NCBI GenBank assembly: GCA_037143395.1
Contig: JBAWYW010000001.1
Span: 506-64,505, forward strand
Reading direction: 5' to 3'
DNA from: Actinomycetes bacterium
GTDB taxonomy: Bacteria; Actinomycetota; Actinomycetes; Nanopelagicales; Nanopelagicaceae
DNA length: 64,000 bases
Shown: piece by piece, positions 29,914 to 40,031 of the stretch
Numbering within the stretch: position 1 is the first letter of the stretch
Layout: each line of letters begins with the position of its first letter
Notes under the pieces: model-generated
The model's input: the letters and a program-made list of their open reading frames with translations, nothing else
Told to the model about the DNA's origin: nothing
Database searches by the model: none
Position numbers and translations under genes: made by a program

Positions 29914-30725
29914 GCCAGTTCGCGCGAACGATCTGCTGCGGCCTGCATAGCACGTGCTACTAATTCTTGTAGTTTTCCTTCGTTGAAAACCGCTAATGCC
30001 TCTGCAGTCATTCCTTTAGGGCTTGTGACATTCTCACGCAGCGTTGAGGCACTTTTACCTGATTCAGCTAACATTTTTGCTGATCCAATAATAGTTTGAG
30101 TGACTAATTCTGTTGCAACCTTTTCACTGATTCCCATTTTTACGGCTCCGCTTACCATCGCCTCAACAAAGGCAAAAAAGTAGGCAGGACCTGACCCACT
30201 CGTTGCTGCTGTCGCATCTTGCAATTCTTCACTCACTTCAATCACCTTTCCACATGCAAGTAATACTTCTCGTAAATACTCTAAATCACTTTCCTGAACA
30301 TTTTTACCGGCTGAAATTATTGACATTCCCTCACCGAACATCATGGGCGTATTTGGCATTACTCGAATAACTGATTGCATAGAATCAAGTGCTGCTTCTA
30401 AAACCGAAGTCTTCTTACCTGCTAGGAACGAAACAACTACAGCTTGTGGACTCACCTCTGATGCGATCTCGGCAAGTAAATCATCAAGTCCTTGTGGCTT
30501 CACCGCGAGCAACAGGATATCTGACTCTTTCGCAAGGGCAGTATTGGAAGCAGACTTAACCTCATACTTCTTTTCAACCTCAGTTTTACGCTCTGGGCTG
30601 CGTACTGAAAAAGATATTAACTCGCGAGATACGCCAGCCTTGATTAGTCCGGCAAGAACCGCTTCACCCATATTGCCAACCCCGATGATGCCCACTCGTG
30701 AAGATTGGATTTTCAAGTTCGCCAC
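29910..30725 (-). CDS. proC: pyrroline-5-carboxylate reductase
   Basis: VGIIGVGNMGEA Rossmann motif, PNTP, SPKGMT blocks. GTG start. Confidence 0.92.
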   Translation of the reverse strand: MANLKIQSSRVGIIGVGNMGEAVLAGLIKAGVSRELISFSVRSPERKTEVEKKYEVKSASNTALAKESDILLLAVKPQGLDDLLAEIASEVSPQAVVVSFLAGKKTSVLEAALDSMQSVIRVMPNTPMMFGEGMSIISAGKNVQESDLEYLREVLLACGKVIEVSEELQDATAATSGSGPAYFFAFVEAMVSGAVKMGISEKVATELVTQTIIGSAKMLAESGKSASTLRENVTSPKGMTAEALAVFNEGKLQELVARAMQAAADRSRELA

Positions 30726-30756
30726 ATACAGAGCCTACCCAATAGACTCTCGCACT

Positions 30757-31587
30757 ATGCCTGAGGTAAAAGATGGTTTCGCTCGCGACTTTGTTGAGTT
30801 TGCTGATCCTGCAAAACCAGAGGAGATCTTCCGCTGTGACCTGACGTGGCTGACCTCATATTGGACATGCATTTATGGCGCAGGATGTTGTGGGATTGAT
30901 GCAGATAAGCCAGATGCCGGATGTTGTTCTGATGGCGCTTATTACTCAGATGAAGAAGATGAGGCACGAACACAAAAGGTTGCTGCACGCCTCACGCCAG
31001 CTATGTGGCAGTTCTACAACGAAGCACAGCCAAAGAAAAAAGGAAGCAAGCTTAAGATTTCAGAAGTTGGATTAGATAACGATCGCAAGACCCGTAAAAT
31101 TAACGACTCATGTATTTTCCTTAATCGCATGGACCATGCGGCGCCCGGATATACGGGTTCATTTGGTTGCGTATTGCACCACCTCGCAGAAAAAGAGGGA
31201 GTGCACTTCGTTGAGACAAAGCCCGATGTTTGCTGGCAGCTGCCGATCCGCAGAAGTTTTGAAACCAGAGAATTTGGTGATGAAGAAATTTCTGTGACAA
31301 TCATTGGTGAATATGAACGCCTTGCTTGGGGAGAGGGTGGAAAAGACTTCGCTTGGTACTGCACAGCAAATACTGAAGCGCATGTTGGTCGTGAACCTGT
31401 ATATAAATCTAATAACAATGAACTTATTGCACTCATGGGACCAGAGGCATATGCAGAGTTAGTGAAGCATTGTGATGCTCGCGTTGAAGCAATAGCCGCA
31501 ACTGCAAAGCAACAACGCAAACGTGAGCTTCCACTTTTCCAAATTCATCCAGCAACGGTTGCAGCTCGTGGCCAAGGCTCCCGCTAA
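30757..31587 (+). CDS. Cys-rich conserved hypothetical protein (possibly UPF0153/YkgJ-like metal-binding)
   Basis: First ATG downstream of proC. The ORF-track 5' extension (30343-30756) is antisense to proC. Cys pattern: C..C..GAGCC, AGCC, SCIFLNR..GCVLHH..KPDVCWQLP. Confidence 0.55.
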   Translation: MPEVKDGFARDFVEFADPAKPEEIFRCDLTWLTSYWTCIYGAGCCGIDADKPDAGCCSDGAYYSDEEDEARTQKVAARLTPAMWQFYNEAQPKKKGSKLKISEVGLDNDRKTRKINDSCIFLNRMDHAAPGYTGSFGCVLHHLAEKEGVHFVETKPDVCWQLPIRRSFETREFGDEEISVTIIGEYERLAWGEGGKDFAWYCTANTEAHVGREPVYKSNNNELIALMGPEAYAELVKHCDARVEAIAATAKQQRKRELPLFQIHPATVAARGQGSR

Positions 31588-32938
31588 AGATCCATTCCGC
31601 TGCGCCGAGTGCGGGTGGACATCTACAAAGTGGGTTGGCAGGTGTGGTGAGTGCCAAGCCTGGGGAAGTGTTGAAGAGATCGCTGCGCCAAAGAAACTTT
31701 CACTTGTCCCTGGATCAGTTTCCCAAAATGCGACACCAATCGGTGAAGTTAGTTTAGAAAGTGCCAAAGCGCGTTCTAGCGGTGTGAGTGAATTAGATCG
31801 TGTGCTTGGTGGTGGCTTAGTACCAGGGGCGGCAATTCTGCTGGCAGGTGAGCCAGGCGTTGGCAAATCAACACTTTTACTTTCTGTTGCTGCTCAATCT
31901 GCAAAAGAGAAGATGACTGCCCTTTACATAAGCGGTGAGGAATCAGCATCCCAAGTTCGTTTACGTGCTGAGCGCTTAAATGCAATTGATCCAAATCTGT
32001 GGTTGGCGGCAGAGAACGAATTGGGTTCTGTTATCGCACATATTGATGCTGTGAAGCCACAGCTACTCATCATTGACTCAATTCAAACTATTTCAAGTAG
32101 CGCAGTGGATGGTGCCCCTGGTGGCGTAACGCAAGTTCGAGAGATAGCCGCCGCTCTGATTAGAATCGCAAAGGATCGAAATATCACCTTAGTACTTGTC
32201 GGACATGTGACTAAGGATGGATCAATTGCTGGCCCTAGGTTGCTTGAGCACCTTGTTGATGTTGTCTTAAATTTTGAAGGTGAGCGTCACTCAAGGCTGC
32301 GCCTCATTCGCGCAATAAAGAATCGCTTTGGAGCATCAGATGAAGTTGGCTGCTTTGATATGAGTGAGTCAGGAATAACTAGTTTGACTGATCCCACTGG
32401 TTTATTTACAACTCGTCACAGCGAGCCTGTACCAGGAACTTGTGTCACTGTTGCGCTAGAAGGACGAAGGCCATTACTTGCCGAGATACAAGCGCTAGTT
32501 GGAACACCAGTTGCTGAAGGCCGAGATTTTGGAAACTCGCGCAGAGTGACATCTGGTCTAGATACTCCTCGCACGGCAATGACTCTTGCTGTACTTGAAC
32601 TTCGTGCAAATATCAGACTCTCCGGACGCGATGTATACGTCGCAACAGTTGGTGGGATGAAGATGAATGAGCCATCTGCCGATTTAGCTGTCGCACTTGC
32701 TGTTGCATCTGCCGCAAAGGGGTTAGCGCTTCCTGCAGATCTTGTTGCTATAGGTGAAGTCGGGCTTGCTGGTGAAATACGTAAAGTGACTGGTGCACAG
32801 CAACGAATCGCTGAAGCTGCCCGTCTTGGGTTTAAGCGCGCGATGGTTCCTGCTGGTTCTGATCTGAAAATTGCTGGAATTGAGATTATGGAAGTCGCTC
32901 GTCTTGAACAAGCGATTGCAAAAGTAAAAATCAACTAA
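31568..32938 (+). CDS. radA: DNA repair protein RadA
   Basis: N-terminal zinc ribbon (FRCAECGW..GRCGECQAWGS), Walker A GEPGVGKST, KNRFG motif, Lon-like C-terminal domain. GTG 31568 (VAKAPAKD..) matches usual RadA N-termini. The upstream in-frame GTG at 31523 is an alternative. Confidence 0.93.
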   Translation: MAKAPAKDPFRCAECGWTSTKWVGRCGECQAWGSVEEIAAPKKLSLVPGSVSQNATPIGEVSLESAKARSSGVSELDRVLGGGLVPGAAILLAGEPGVGKSTLLLSVAAQSAKEKMTALYISGEESASQVRLRAERLNAIDPNLWLAAENELGSVIAHIDAVKPQLLIIDSIQTISSSAVDGAPGGVTQVREIAAALIRIAKDRNITLVLVGHVTKDGSIAGPRLLEHLVDVVLNFEGERHSRLRLIRAIKNRFGASDEVGCFDMSESGITSLTDPTGLFTTRHSEPVPGTCVTVALEGRRPLLAEIQALVGTPVAEGRDFGNSRRVTSGLDTPRTAMTLAVLELRANIRLSGRDVYVATVGGMKMNEPSADLAVALAVASAAKGLALPADLVAIGEVGLAGEIRKVTGAQQRIAEAARLGFKRAMVPAGSDLKIAGIEIMEVARLEQAIAKVKIN

Positions 32939-32949
32939 GAGTTCTCCCT

Positions 32950-33789
32950 GTGAAACAAACTTCAGTACTCCGCTGGTTTGACGAAAATAAGCGTGATTTA
33001 CCTTGGCGCAATACATCACCTTGGGGGGTCATGGTGAGTGAATACATGCTTCAACAAACACCCGTGAACCGAGTTCTTCCAATTTGGAATGAGTGGCTTA
33101 CTCGTTGGCCTACACCGCAAGACTTAGCGGTAGCGAAGAAGGGTGATGTCATCAAAGCATGGGGGCGTTTGGGCTATCCCCGCCGCGCACTTCGGTTACA
33201 TGAAGCAGCGGGAGTTATTGCAAAGAAGTTTGGGAACCAAGTCCCTAGAGCGATCGAAGATCTTCAATCACTTCCAGGAGTTGGAGATTACACGGCAGCA
33301 GCAATTGCTGCTTTTGCATATAACGAGTCATCTCTTGTTTTAGATGTGAACATTCGTAGACTATTTGCTCGAGTAATTGATGGTGATCAATTTGCATCAG
33401 CAGCCCCCAGCAAGATCGAACGAAAGCTTCGCTTTGAATTAATCCCGAGTGATGGTGCTAAATGGGCAGCCGCAACGATGGAATTGGGTGCACTCATCTG
33501 CACTGCGCGTAATCCAACCTGCGATAAATGTCCTCTCAAGAAGGAATGCTTATGGCGTGAAAAAGGCTATCCGCAATCAGAGGTGAAAAGAAAGTCGCAG
33601 GGATGGGTAGGAACTGACCGCCAATGTCGTGGGGTTATTGTGCAGGCCCTTAGAGAGAATCGAAAGCAAACTAAAATTGCACTTAACAAACTTTGGCATG
33701 ATGAAATACAAGTGGAATTAGCCCTGAAAACACTACTTGCCGATGGCCTCATTGAGGCAACCGGCAAGAGTTATCAATTACCTAATTAG
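32950..33789 (+). CDS. mutY: A/G-specific adenine glycosylase (MutY-type, short)
   Basis: HhH-GPD (LPGVGDYTAAAI) plus 4Fe-4S loop CTARNPTCDKCPLKKEC. GTG start 11 nt after radA. Confidence 0.85.
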   Translation: MKQTSVLRWFDENKRDLPWRNTSPWGVMVSEYMLQQTPVNRVLPIWNEWLTRWPTPQDLAVAKKGDVIKAWGRLGYPRRALRLHEAAGVIAKKFGNQVPRAIEDLQSLPGVGDYTAAAIAAFAYNESSLVLDVNIRRLFARVIDGDQFASAAPSKIERKLRFELIPSDGAKWAAATMELGALICTARNPTCDKCPLKKECLWREKGYPQSEVKRKSQGWVGTDRQCRGVIVQALRENRKQTKIALNKLWHDEIQVELALKTLLADGLIEATGKSYQLPN

Positions 33790-36290
33790 TTAGAAGTTGG
33801 TGCGCCTTCTAGATCGCCAGGAGTATCTGGCATCTCAGACTTAACGACACCCTTGAAAGTAAAGGTTTCTGTTTCGCCCTCAACAGCAACATCAACGAGA
33901 GTGATTTCACCTGGCTTTACATCGCCAAACAAAATCTTCTCAGAAAGTACATCTTCGATCTCACGTTGGATTGTGCGACGAAGTGGACGCGCTCCTAGTA
34001 ACGGATCATAACCACGCTTTGCAAGCAGTGCCTTGGCAGCAGATGTGAGCTCAATGCCCATATCTTTCGCACGAAGGCGCTCATCCAAGTTAGCGATCAT
34101 GAGATCAACAATTTGAACAATTTCATCCTCAGATAGTTGATGGAAGACAACAACTTCATCAATACGGTTAAGGAATTCAGGACGGAAATGATTCTTAAGC
34201 TCATCGGCAACCTTTGCCTTCATGCGCTCATAGTTTCCAAGTGCATCATCTGCATTGTGGAACCCAAGACCAAGGCTCTTTGAGATATCACGTGTTCCAA
34301 GGTTTGTGGTCATGATGATCACGGTGTTCTTGAAATCAACTACACGTCCTTGGGCGTCGGTTAGACGTCCATCTTCTAGTACTTGAAGAAGTGAGTTGAA
34401 AATATCTGGGTGAGCTTTTTCAATTTCATCAAAAAGCACAACAGAGAATGGCTTACGACGCACTTTCTCAGTGAGTTGTCCACCTTCGTCATATCCAACA
34501 TATCCAGGAGGTGCACCAAAGAGGCGCGAAGCTGTGTGCTTCTCTGAATACTCAGACATATCAAGTTGGATGAGTGCATCTTGATCACCAAATAAGAAGG
34601 CAGCAAGTGTGCGAGAAAGTTCAGTCTTTCCAACACCAGAAGGACCGGCAAAAATAAATGATCCACCCGGACGCTTTGGATCTTTTAGGCCAGCGCGTGT
34701 GCGACGAATTGCTTGAGACAAAGCCTTGATCGCTTGGTTTTGCCCAATAACACGTTTGTGTAATTCATCTTCCATGCGAAGTAGACGTGCTGTCTCTTCT
34801 TCGGTCAACTTGAATACTGGAATTCCAGTTGAATGTGAAAGAACTTCAGCAATGAGCTCTTCATCCACTTCAGCGACGACATCTAGATCGCCAGCCTTCC
34901 AAGACTTTTCGCGTTCAGCTTTCTCGGTAATCAGCGACTTTTCTTTGTCGCGAAGTGCAGCAGCTTTTTCGAAATCTTGACCATCAATGGCAGATTCCTT
35001 CTCTTTGCGGGCAGCAGCAATTTTGTCATCGAATTCGCGAAGCTCAGGAGGCGCAGTCATACGACGAATCCGCAGACGTGAACCTGCTTCATCAATCAGA
35101 TCGATCGCCTTATCTGGCAAGAAACGATCTGCAACATATCGATCTGCAAGTGTTGCTGCAGAAACTAGCGCTGCATCAGAAATGGAGACTTTATGGTGAG
35201 ACTCATAACGATCACGAAGTCCCTTAAGAATTTCAATTGTGTGCGGCAATGATGGCTCGGCAACCTGAATAGGTTGGAAACGGCGCTCAAGTGCAGCATC
35301 CTTTTCAAGATGCTTGCGATATTCATCGAGAGTAGTTGCGCCAATTGTCTGGAGTTCACCACGAGCGAGCATTGGCTTCAAAATGCTTGCAGCATCGATA
35401 GCTCCTTCTGCTGCTCCGGCGCCGACAAGCGTATGGATCTCGTCAATGAATAGAACGATATCTCCGCGCGTACGGATCTCTTTAAGTACTTTCTTTAAGC
35501 GCTCTTCAAAGTCTCCGCGGTAGCGGCTACCTGCGACAAGCGCACCGAGATCAAGTGAGTAAAGCTGCTTGTCACGAAGTGTTTCAGGAATATCTCCCTT
35601 AACAATCGCTTGGGCCAAGCCCTCAACAATTGCAGTCTTGCCAACACCAGGTTCTCCAATAAGAACTGGGTTGTTCTTCGTGCGACGTGAAAGAACTTGC
35701 ATCACACGTTCAATTTCTTTTTCACGGCCAATAACCGGATCAAGCTTTCCCTCACGGGCAGCTTGTGTCAGATTGCGTCCGAATTGATCAAGCACAAGTG
35801 AAGTTGAAGGAGTTCCTTCTGCAGGGCCACCAGAAGCAACTGCTTCTTTTCCTTGATAACCAGAGAGCAATTGAATAACTTGTTGGCGCACACGATTGAG
35901 ATCTGCACCCAACTTAACAAGTACTTGAGCAGCAACACCCTCACCTTCACGGATAAGTCCAAGAAGAATGTGCTCAGTTCCAATGTAATTATGTCCAAGT
36001 TGGAGCGCCTCACGAAGTGAAAGCTCTAAAACTTTTTTAGCACGTGGTGTAAATGGGATGTGACCAGAAGGTGCTTGTTGGCCTTGTCCAATGATTTCTT
36101 CAACTTGAGAACGTACTGCTTCAAGTGAAATACCTAGAGCTTCGAGTCCCTTTGCGGCAACCCCTTCACCTTCGTGGATGAGTCCAAGAAGAATGTGTTC
36201 AGTGCCGATGTAGTTGTGATTGAGCATGCGGGCTTCTTCTTGCGCCAGCACAACAACACGGCGAGCTCGATCAGTAAACCGCTCGAACAT
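33786..36290 (-). CDS. clpC: ATP-dependent Clp protease ATP-binding subunit ClpC
   Basis: Duplicated Clp_N repeats ([15 protein letters not shown] twice), two AAA+ modules ([16 protein letters not shown]), UVR-like linker. Confidence 0.97.
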   Translation of the reverse strand: MFERFTDRARRVVVLAQEEARMLNHNYIGTEHILLGLIHEGEGVAAKGLEALGISLEAVRSQVEEIIGQGQQAPSGHIPFTPRAKKVLELSLREALQLGHNYIGTEHILLGLIREGEGVAAQVLVKLGADLNRVRQQVIQLLSGYQGKEAVASGGPAEGTPSTSLVLDQFGRNLTQAAREGKLDPVIGREKEIERVMQVLSRRTKNNPVLIGEPGVGKTAIVEGLAQAIVKGDIPETLRDKQLYSLDLGALVAGSRYRGDFEERLKKVLKEIRTRGDIVLFIDEIHTLVGAGAAEGAIDAASILKPMLARGELQTIGATTLDEYRKHLEKDAALERRFQPIQVAEPSLPHTIEILKGLRDRYESHHKVSISDAALVSAATLADRYVADRFLPDKAIDLIDEAGSRLRIRRMTAPPELREFDDKIAAARKEKESAIDGQDFEKAAALRDKEKSLITEKAEREKSWKAGDLDVVAEVDEELIAEVLSHSTGIPVFKLTEEETARLLRMEDELHKRVIGQNQAIKALSQAIRRTRAGLKDPKRPGGSFIFAGPSGVGKTELSRTLAAFLFGDQDALIQLDMSEYSEKHTASRLFGAPPGYVGYDEGGQLTEKVRRKPFSVVLFDEIEKAHPDIFNSLLQVLEDGRLTDAQGRVVDFKNTVIIMTTNLGTRDISKSLGLGFHNADDALGNYERMKAKVADELKNHFRPEFLNRIDEVVVFHQLSEDEIVQIVDLMIANLDERLRAKDMGIELTSAAKALLAKRGYDPLLGARPLRRTIQREIEDVLSEKILFGDVKPGEITLVDVAVEGETETFTFKGVVKSEMPDTPGDLEGAPTSN

Positions 36291-36354
36291 CAGGCACCTC
36301 TTTCTTGGGCTTTATTCTCTAGGTCTAGCCTACCCATAACGCTTAATGTCCTCT

Positions 36355-36373
36355 ATTTATGCCCATTTATGCC
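36355..36373. repeat. tandem direct repeat ATTTATGCC-C-ATTTATGCC in the clpC upstream region
   Basis: Read directly: 36355-36363 and 36365-36373 are identical, with a 10-bp period, 65-83 nt upstream of the clpC ATG. Confidence 0.3.
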
Positions 36374-36400
36374 GTAAAAATTGGGTAAATCTAGGGGGAT

Positions 36401-36898
36401 TTAAAGTATCCGCAACATACGGGTATTTCCCAGGGTATTTGGCTTTACCCGCTCTAAATCTAGGAACTCAGCAACACCCTCATCATAAGAGCGCAGTAGC
36501 TGTTGATAAACCTCTGGGGAGACGGGAGTTCCCTCTATAACCTCAAAGCCGTTACGGGAAAAGAAATCAATTTCAAAAGTGAGGCAATAAATTCTTGCAA
36601 CACCAATTTCTTTTGCTTTGTTAACAATTTTTTCAATAATCGCATTTCCAACACCCTGGCCACGCATCTTTTCGAGAACGGCAACCGTACGAACTTCTGC
36701 CAAATCTTCCCAGAGAACGTGTAGCGCTCCACACCCAACGATTTCACCATCGAATTCTGCAACGGTAAATTCCTGAACTGTTTCGTAAAGGGTGACCGTT
36801 TCCTTCGAAAGCAATCGTCCCCCGCTGACATTTGCATCAACAATTTGTCGGATAGCTTTTATGTCTGAAGTCTTAGCAGGACGGATCAGAACCGTCAT
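36401..36898 (-). CDS. GNAT acetyltransferase, short N-acetylglutamate-synthase (Rv2747)-like
   Basis: 165 aa. VQEFTVAE..VGCGALHVLWEDLAEVRTVAV..GQGVG..LTFE..FF..GF..IEGTPV..SYD.GVAEFLDL..VKPN.LGN.RML matches my memory of the single-domain mycobacterial ArgA. ATGA overlap with lysS. Confidence 0.65.
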   Translation of the reverse strand: MTVLIRPAKTSDIKAIRQIVDANVSGGRLLSKETVTLYETVQEFTVAEFDGEIVGCGALHVLWEDLAEVRTVAVLEKMRGQGVGNAIIEKIVNKAKEIGVARIYCLTFEIDFFSRNGFEVIEGTPVSPEVYQQLLRSYDEGVAEFLDLERVKPNTLGNTRMLRIL

Positions 36899-38394
36899 GA
36901 CTCCTCCGGTTTTACTAGGGGGAACAAAATGGTTTCGCGGATTCCAAGACCAGTAAGTGCCATCAGCAAACGGTCAACGCCCATGCCCATTCCACCCATT
37001 GGCGGAACTCCGTATTCCATCGCTCTTAAGAAGTCTTCATCAAGATTCATTGCTTCAACATCACCCTTTGCGCCGAGTGCGGCTTGCTCAATTAATCGCT
37101 CGCGTTGGATCACCGGATCAATAAGTTCTGAATAACCTGTTGCTAATTCGAAGCCTTCAACATAAAGATCCCACTTTTCAACCAATCCAGGAATTGTGCG
37201 GTGCCCACGAACTAATGGAGACGTGTCAACTGGGTACCCTTTAACAAAAATTGGTTCGTTTAATTTGCCTTCACTCACATGCTCGAAGATTTCTTCTGCG
37301 AGTTTGCCTGTAACCCATTTAGGATCGACTTTTATCCCTAGTTTTTCAGCAATTTTCTTCAAATCCGCTAGTGAAGTTTGTGGAGTAACACTCTCCCCAA
37401 CCCCATCAGAAATAAGATCAAATAAATTTGCCTCACGCCACTTACCGCCAAGGTTTACTTCTCGGCCATCATGATGGCGTACTACATGAGACCCAAACAC
37501 AGCTTCAGCTGCTTCTTGAATTAAATCTTGTGTGAGTTTGGCGATTGTGTTCCAGTCGCCATACGCCTGATAACTCTCGATCATTGCAAACTCAGGTGAG
37601 TGGCTGGAGTCAGCGCCTTCATTACGGAAGTTACGGTTAATCTCAAAAACACGCTCAATTCCACCTACGACGCAACGCTTTAAGAATAGCTCTGGGGCTA
37701 TTCGGAGGAATAAATCCATGTCATATGCGTTGCTACGAGTTTTAAATGGGCGGGCTGTTGCACCGCCATGCATAACCTGAAGCATAGGAGTTTCAACTTC
37801 AATAAAATCTCTTCTAGAAAAAGAATCACGCAAAGACTTCATTACCTGTGGACGAAGTCGCGCATTGCTTCTTGCTTCTGGCCGCACAATGAGGTCCACG
37901 TAACGCATGCGAACTCGTGTTTCCTCAGATAGAGGTTTGTGATCAACAGGTAGCGGTCGAAGGGACTTTGCTGCAAGTTTCCATGAGGAAGCTAATATAG
38001 ATAGCTCTCCGCGCTTTGATGTGATGATCTCGCCTGTAACACTTACTAAATCACCTAAATCAATATCACTCTTCCACAATTCAAGGGATTCTTCTCCAAC
38101 TTTATCCAGTGAAAACATTGCTTGAAGTTCAGTGCCATCACCTTCACGCAATGTCGCAAAACATAGCTTGCCGGTATCCCGCTTGAAAATAACTCTGCCA
38201 GATAAACTTTCTATGACTCCAGTTGCGACATCAATAGCAAGATCCGCGTACTTTTCACGGACTTCTTTGAGACTTGCAGTACGAGCAACTTCTACAGGAT
38301 ATGCCTCATCCCCACGAGCCAGAATTGCTGACCGCTTTTCACGGCGAATTCGCAGCTGCTCGGGTAGGTCATCCTCTGGAATTTGATCGCTCAT
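36895..38394 (-). CDS. lysS: lysine-tRNA ligase (class II)
   Basis: OB-fold N-domain and class II motifs (FRNEG, GGMGMGVDRL). Confidence 0.95.
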   Translation of the reverse strand: MSDQIPEDDLPEQLRIRREKRSAILARGDEAYPVEVARTASLKEVREKYADLAIDVATGVIESLSGRVIFKRDTGKLCFATLREGDGTELQAMFSLDKVGEESLELWKSDIDLGDLVSVTGEIITSKRGELSILASSWKLAAKSLRPLPVDHKPLSEETRVRMRYVDLIVRPEARSNARLRPQVMKSLRDSFSRRDFIEVETPMLQVMHGGATARPFKTRSNAYDMDLFLRIAPELFLKRCVVGGIERVFEINRNFRNEGADSSHSPEFAMIESYQAYGDWNTIAKLTQDLIQEAAEAVFGSHVVRHHDGREVNLGGKWREANLFDLISDGVGESVTPQTSLADLKKIAEKLGIKVDPKWVTGKLAEEIFEHVSEGKLNEPIFVKGYPVDTSPLVRGHRTIPGLVEKWDLYVEGFELATGYSELIDPVIQRERLIEQAALGAKGDVEAMNLDEDFLRAMEYGVPPMGGMGMGVDRLLMALTGLGIRETILFPLVKPEES

Positions 38395-38417
38395 AATTAG
38401 GTAACCCTATCGGCTCG

Positions 38418-39197
38418 TTATTGCCTATTGCGATCAAAAACCATGGCAAGACCAAGCAAGGTTAGATCTGGTTCGTGTTCATCGATCGTTTCAGCAATAC
38501 CCATGACCAAGGGAGCTAACCCTCCTGTCGCGATCACTGTTGTTGGTCCTGCATCTGGATAGAGAACTTCGAGTTCCTCGATTATTCGATTTACCAAACC
38601 ATCTACCTGCCCAGCAAAACCATAGATGGTGCCGGACTGAAGAGCTTCAACAGTGTTCTTACCAATAACTGATTTTGGCTTTACTAACTCAACTTTACGT
38701 AGCTGAGCAGCGCGTGCCGCTAGTGCTTCGACCGATATCTCAATTCCAGGAGCAAGAGCTCCACCAAGAAATTCACCTTTGGGGGAAACCACATCAAGAT
38801 TTGTTGAAGTACCAAAATCAACAACGATGCATGGACCATGAGAGCCAAACAAGGCATGTGCTGCAAGAGTATTAACAATGCGATCTGCGCCAATTTCTTT
38901 AGGATTATCGACAAGCAGTGGAACGCCTGTTTTAATTCCGGGTTCAACAATTGTTACTGGAATGTGGTCAAAGTAACTCTTTACCATTTGACGAATTTCC
39001 CGCAAAACTGCAGGAACTGTTGAGCAAATCGATAGACCATCAATCTCGTGCCCCTCGATCAAAGATTTGTATTGCAGCCATAACTCATCTGCCGTATCTC
39101 TTGGATCAGTTTTTACTCGCCAAGAACGTGTCAGTTTATCCGCATTAAAAAGTCCAAGGACAGTGTTTGTATTTCCTACATCGATTGCTAATAACAC
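38418..39197 (-). CDS. coaX: type III pantothenate kinase
   Basis: LLAIDVGNTNTV, GADR, VVDFGT, IATGG motifs. GTG start abutting the nadC stop. Confidence 0.92.
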   Translation of the reverse strand: MLLAIDVGNTNTVLGLFNADKLTRSWRVKTDPRDTADELWLQYKSLIEGHEIDGLSICSTVPAVLREIRQMVKSYFDHIPVTIVEPGIKTGVPLLVDNPKEIGADRIVNTLAAHALFGSHGPCIVVDFGTSTNLDVVSPKGEFLGGALAPGIEISVEALAARAAQLRKVELVKPKSVIGKNTVEALQSGTIYGFAGQVDGLVNRIIEELEVLYPDAGPTTVIATGGLAPLVMGIAETIDEHEPDLTLLGLAMVFDRNRQ

Positions 39198-40031
39198 CTA
39201 TAGCTCCATTCTTAGATCTAAACCAATGTCGAGTGCTTGGGCTGAATGAGTAAGTGCTCCCACCGCTAAGTAATCAACTCCAGTTTGTGCATACGCCAAC
39301 GCATTATCAAGTGAAAGACCACCTGAAGCTTCTAGTTTTGATTTACCTTGAACAATTCCAACCGCTTCTTTGCACTGGGCGACACTCATATTGTCTAACA
39401 GAACAAGATCAGGACTTTGGGTGAGAATTAAACTCAATTGATCTAAAGTATCAACCTCGACTTCGATAAGCATGTCTGGATACTGTGCCTTCACAGCTTT
39501 AAATGCTTCAAGTACTCCTCCAGCGGCAAGAATGTGATTATCTTTAATGAGCACAGACTCTGATAGAGACATGCGGTGGTTTTCTCCGCCGCCCATTCGG
39601 ACCGCTTCTTTTTCTAATTCGCGCCATCCAGGGGTCGTCTTGCGAGTATCTCGAACTATGCAATTTGTTCCAGATATTGCGTCGACCCAACGTCTTGTTA
39701 GCGTTGCGATACCGCTCATGTGTGTCAAAAAGTTCAATGCAGTTCGTTCCGCAAGTAGTAGTGAACGAGTGTTGCCCCGTGCTTCCAAAATTACTGTTCC
39801 AGAATCTGTTTCATGTGCACAGGTGACTGGTGCATGAATGTCCGTAATTCCCACATACTTTAGAACCTCCATTGCTGCAGGAATTCCAGCGATCACTCCT
39901 CTTTGTCTATTCACAAACTGAGCAACAGATTGTTGATTTTCAGGAATAGTTGCGTGGCTTGTGACGTCGATACCACCTGCAAGATCTTCAGCAATTGCTC
40001 GTTCAATCAGATATTTCAATCCATCATTCAT
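39198..40031 (-). CDS. nadC: nicotinate-nucleotide pyrophosphorylase (carboxylating)
   Basis: AIAEDLAGGIDVTS, RKTTPG, KDNH, SGG blocks. ATG 40031 forms ATGA with the nadB stop. ORF-track ATG 40061 is the alternative. Confidence 0.9.
   Translation of the reverse strand: MNDGLKYLIERAIAEDLAGGIDVTSHATIPENQQSVAQFVNRQRGVIAGIPAAMEVLKYVGITDIHAPVTCAHETDSGTVILEARGNTRSLLLAERTALNFLTHMSGIATLTRRWVDAISGTNCIVRDTRKTTPGWRELEKEAVRMGGGENHRMSLSESVLIKDNHILAAGGVLEAFKAVKAQYPDMLIEVEVDTLDQLSLILTQSPDLVLLDNMSVAQCKEAVGIVQGKSKLEASGGLSLDNALAYAQTGVDYLAVGALTHSAQALDIGLDLRMEL

Noticed and set aside
30343-30756. 138-codon 5' extension of the Cys-rich ORF in the six-frame track
   Set aside because: It lies entirely antisense to proC (a clear, motif-rich gene) and has no start context. 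The first ATG after proC (30757) gives a sensible gene.
31014-32934. Long antisense ORFs (31014-31520, 31459-31866, 32416-32934), and similar ones inside menC, menE and menF
   Set aside because: They are Ala/Ser/Arg/Pro-rich shadow frames opposite strongly conserved genes (radA and others). They have no SD or start context and no recognisable motifs.
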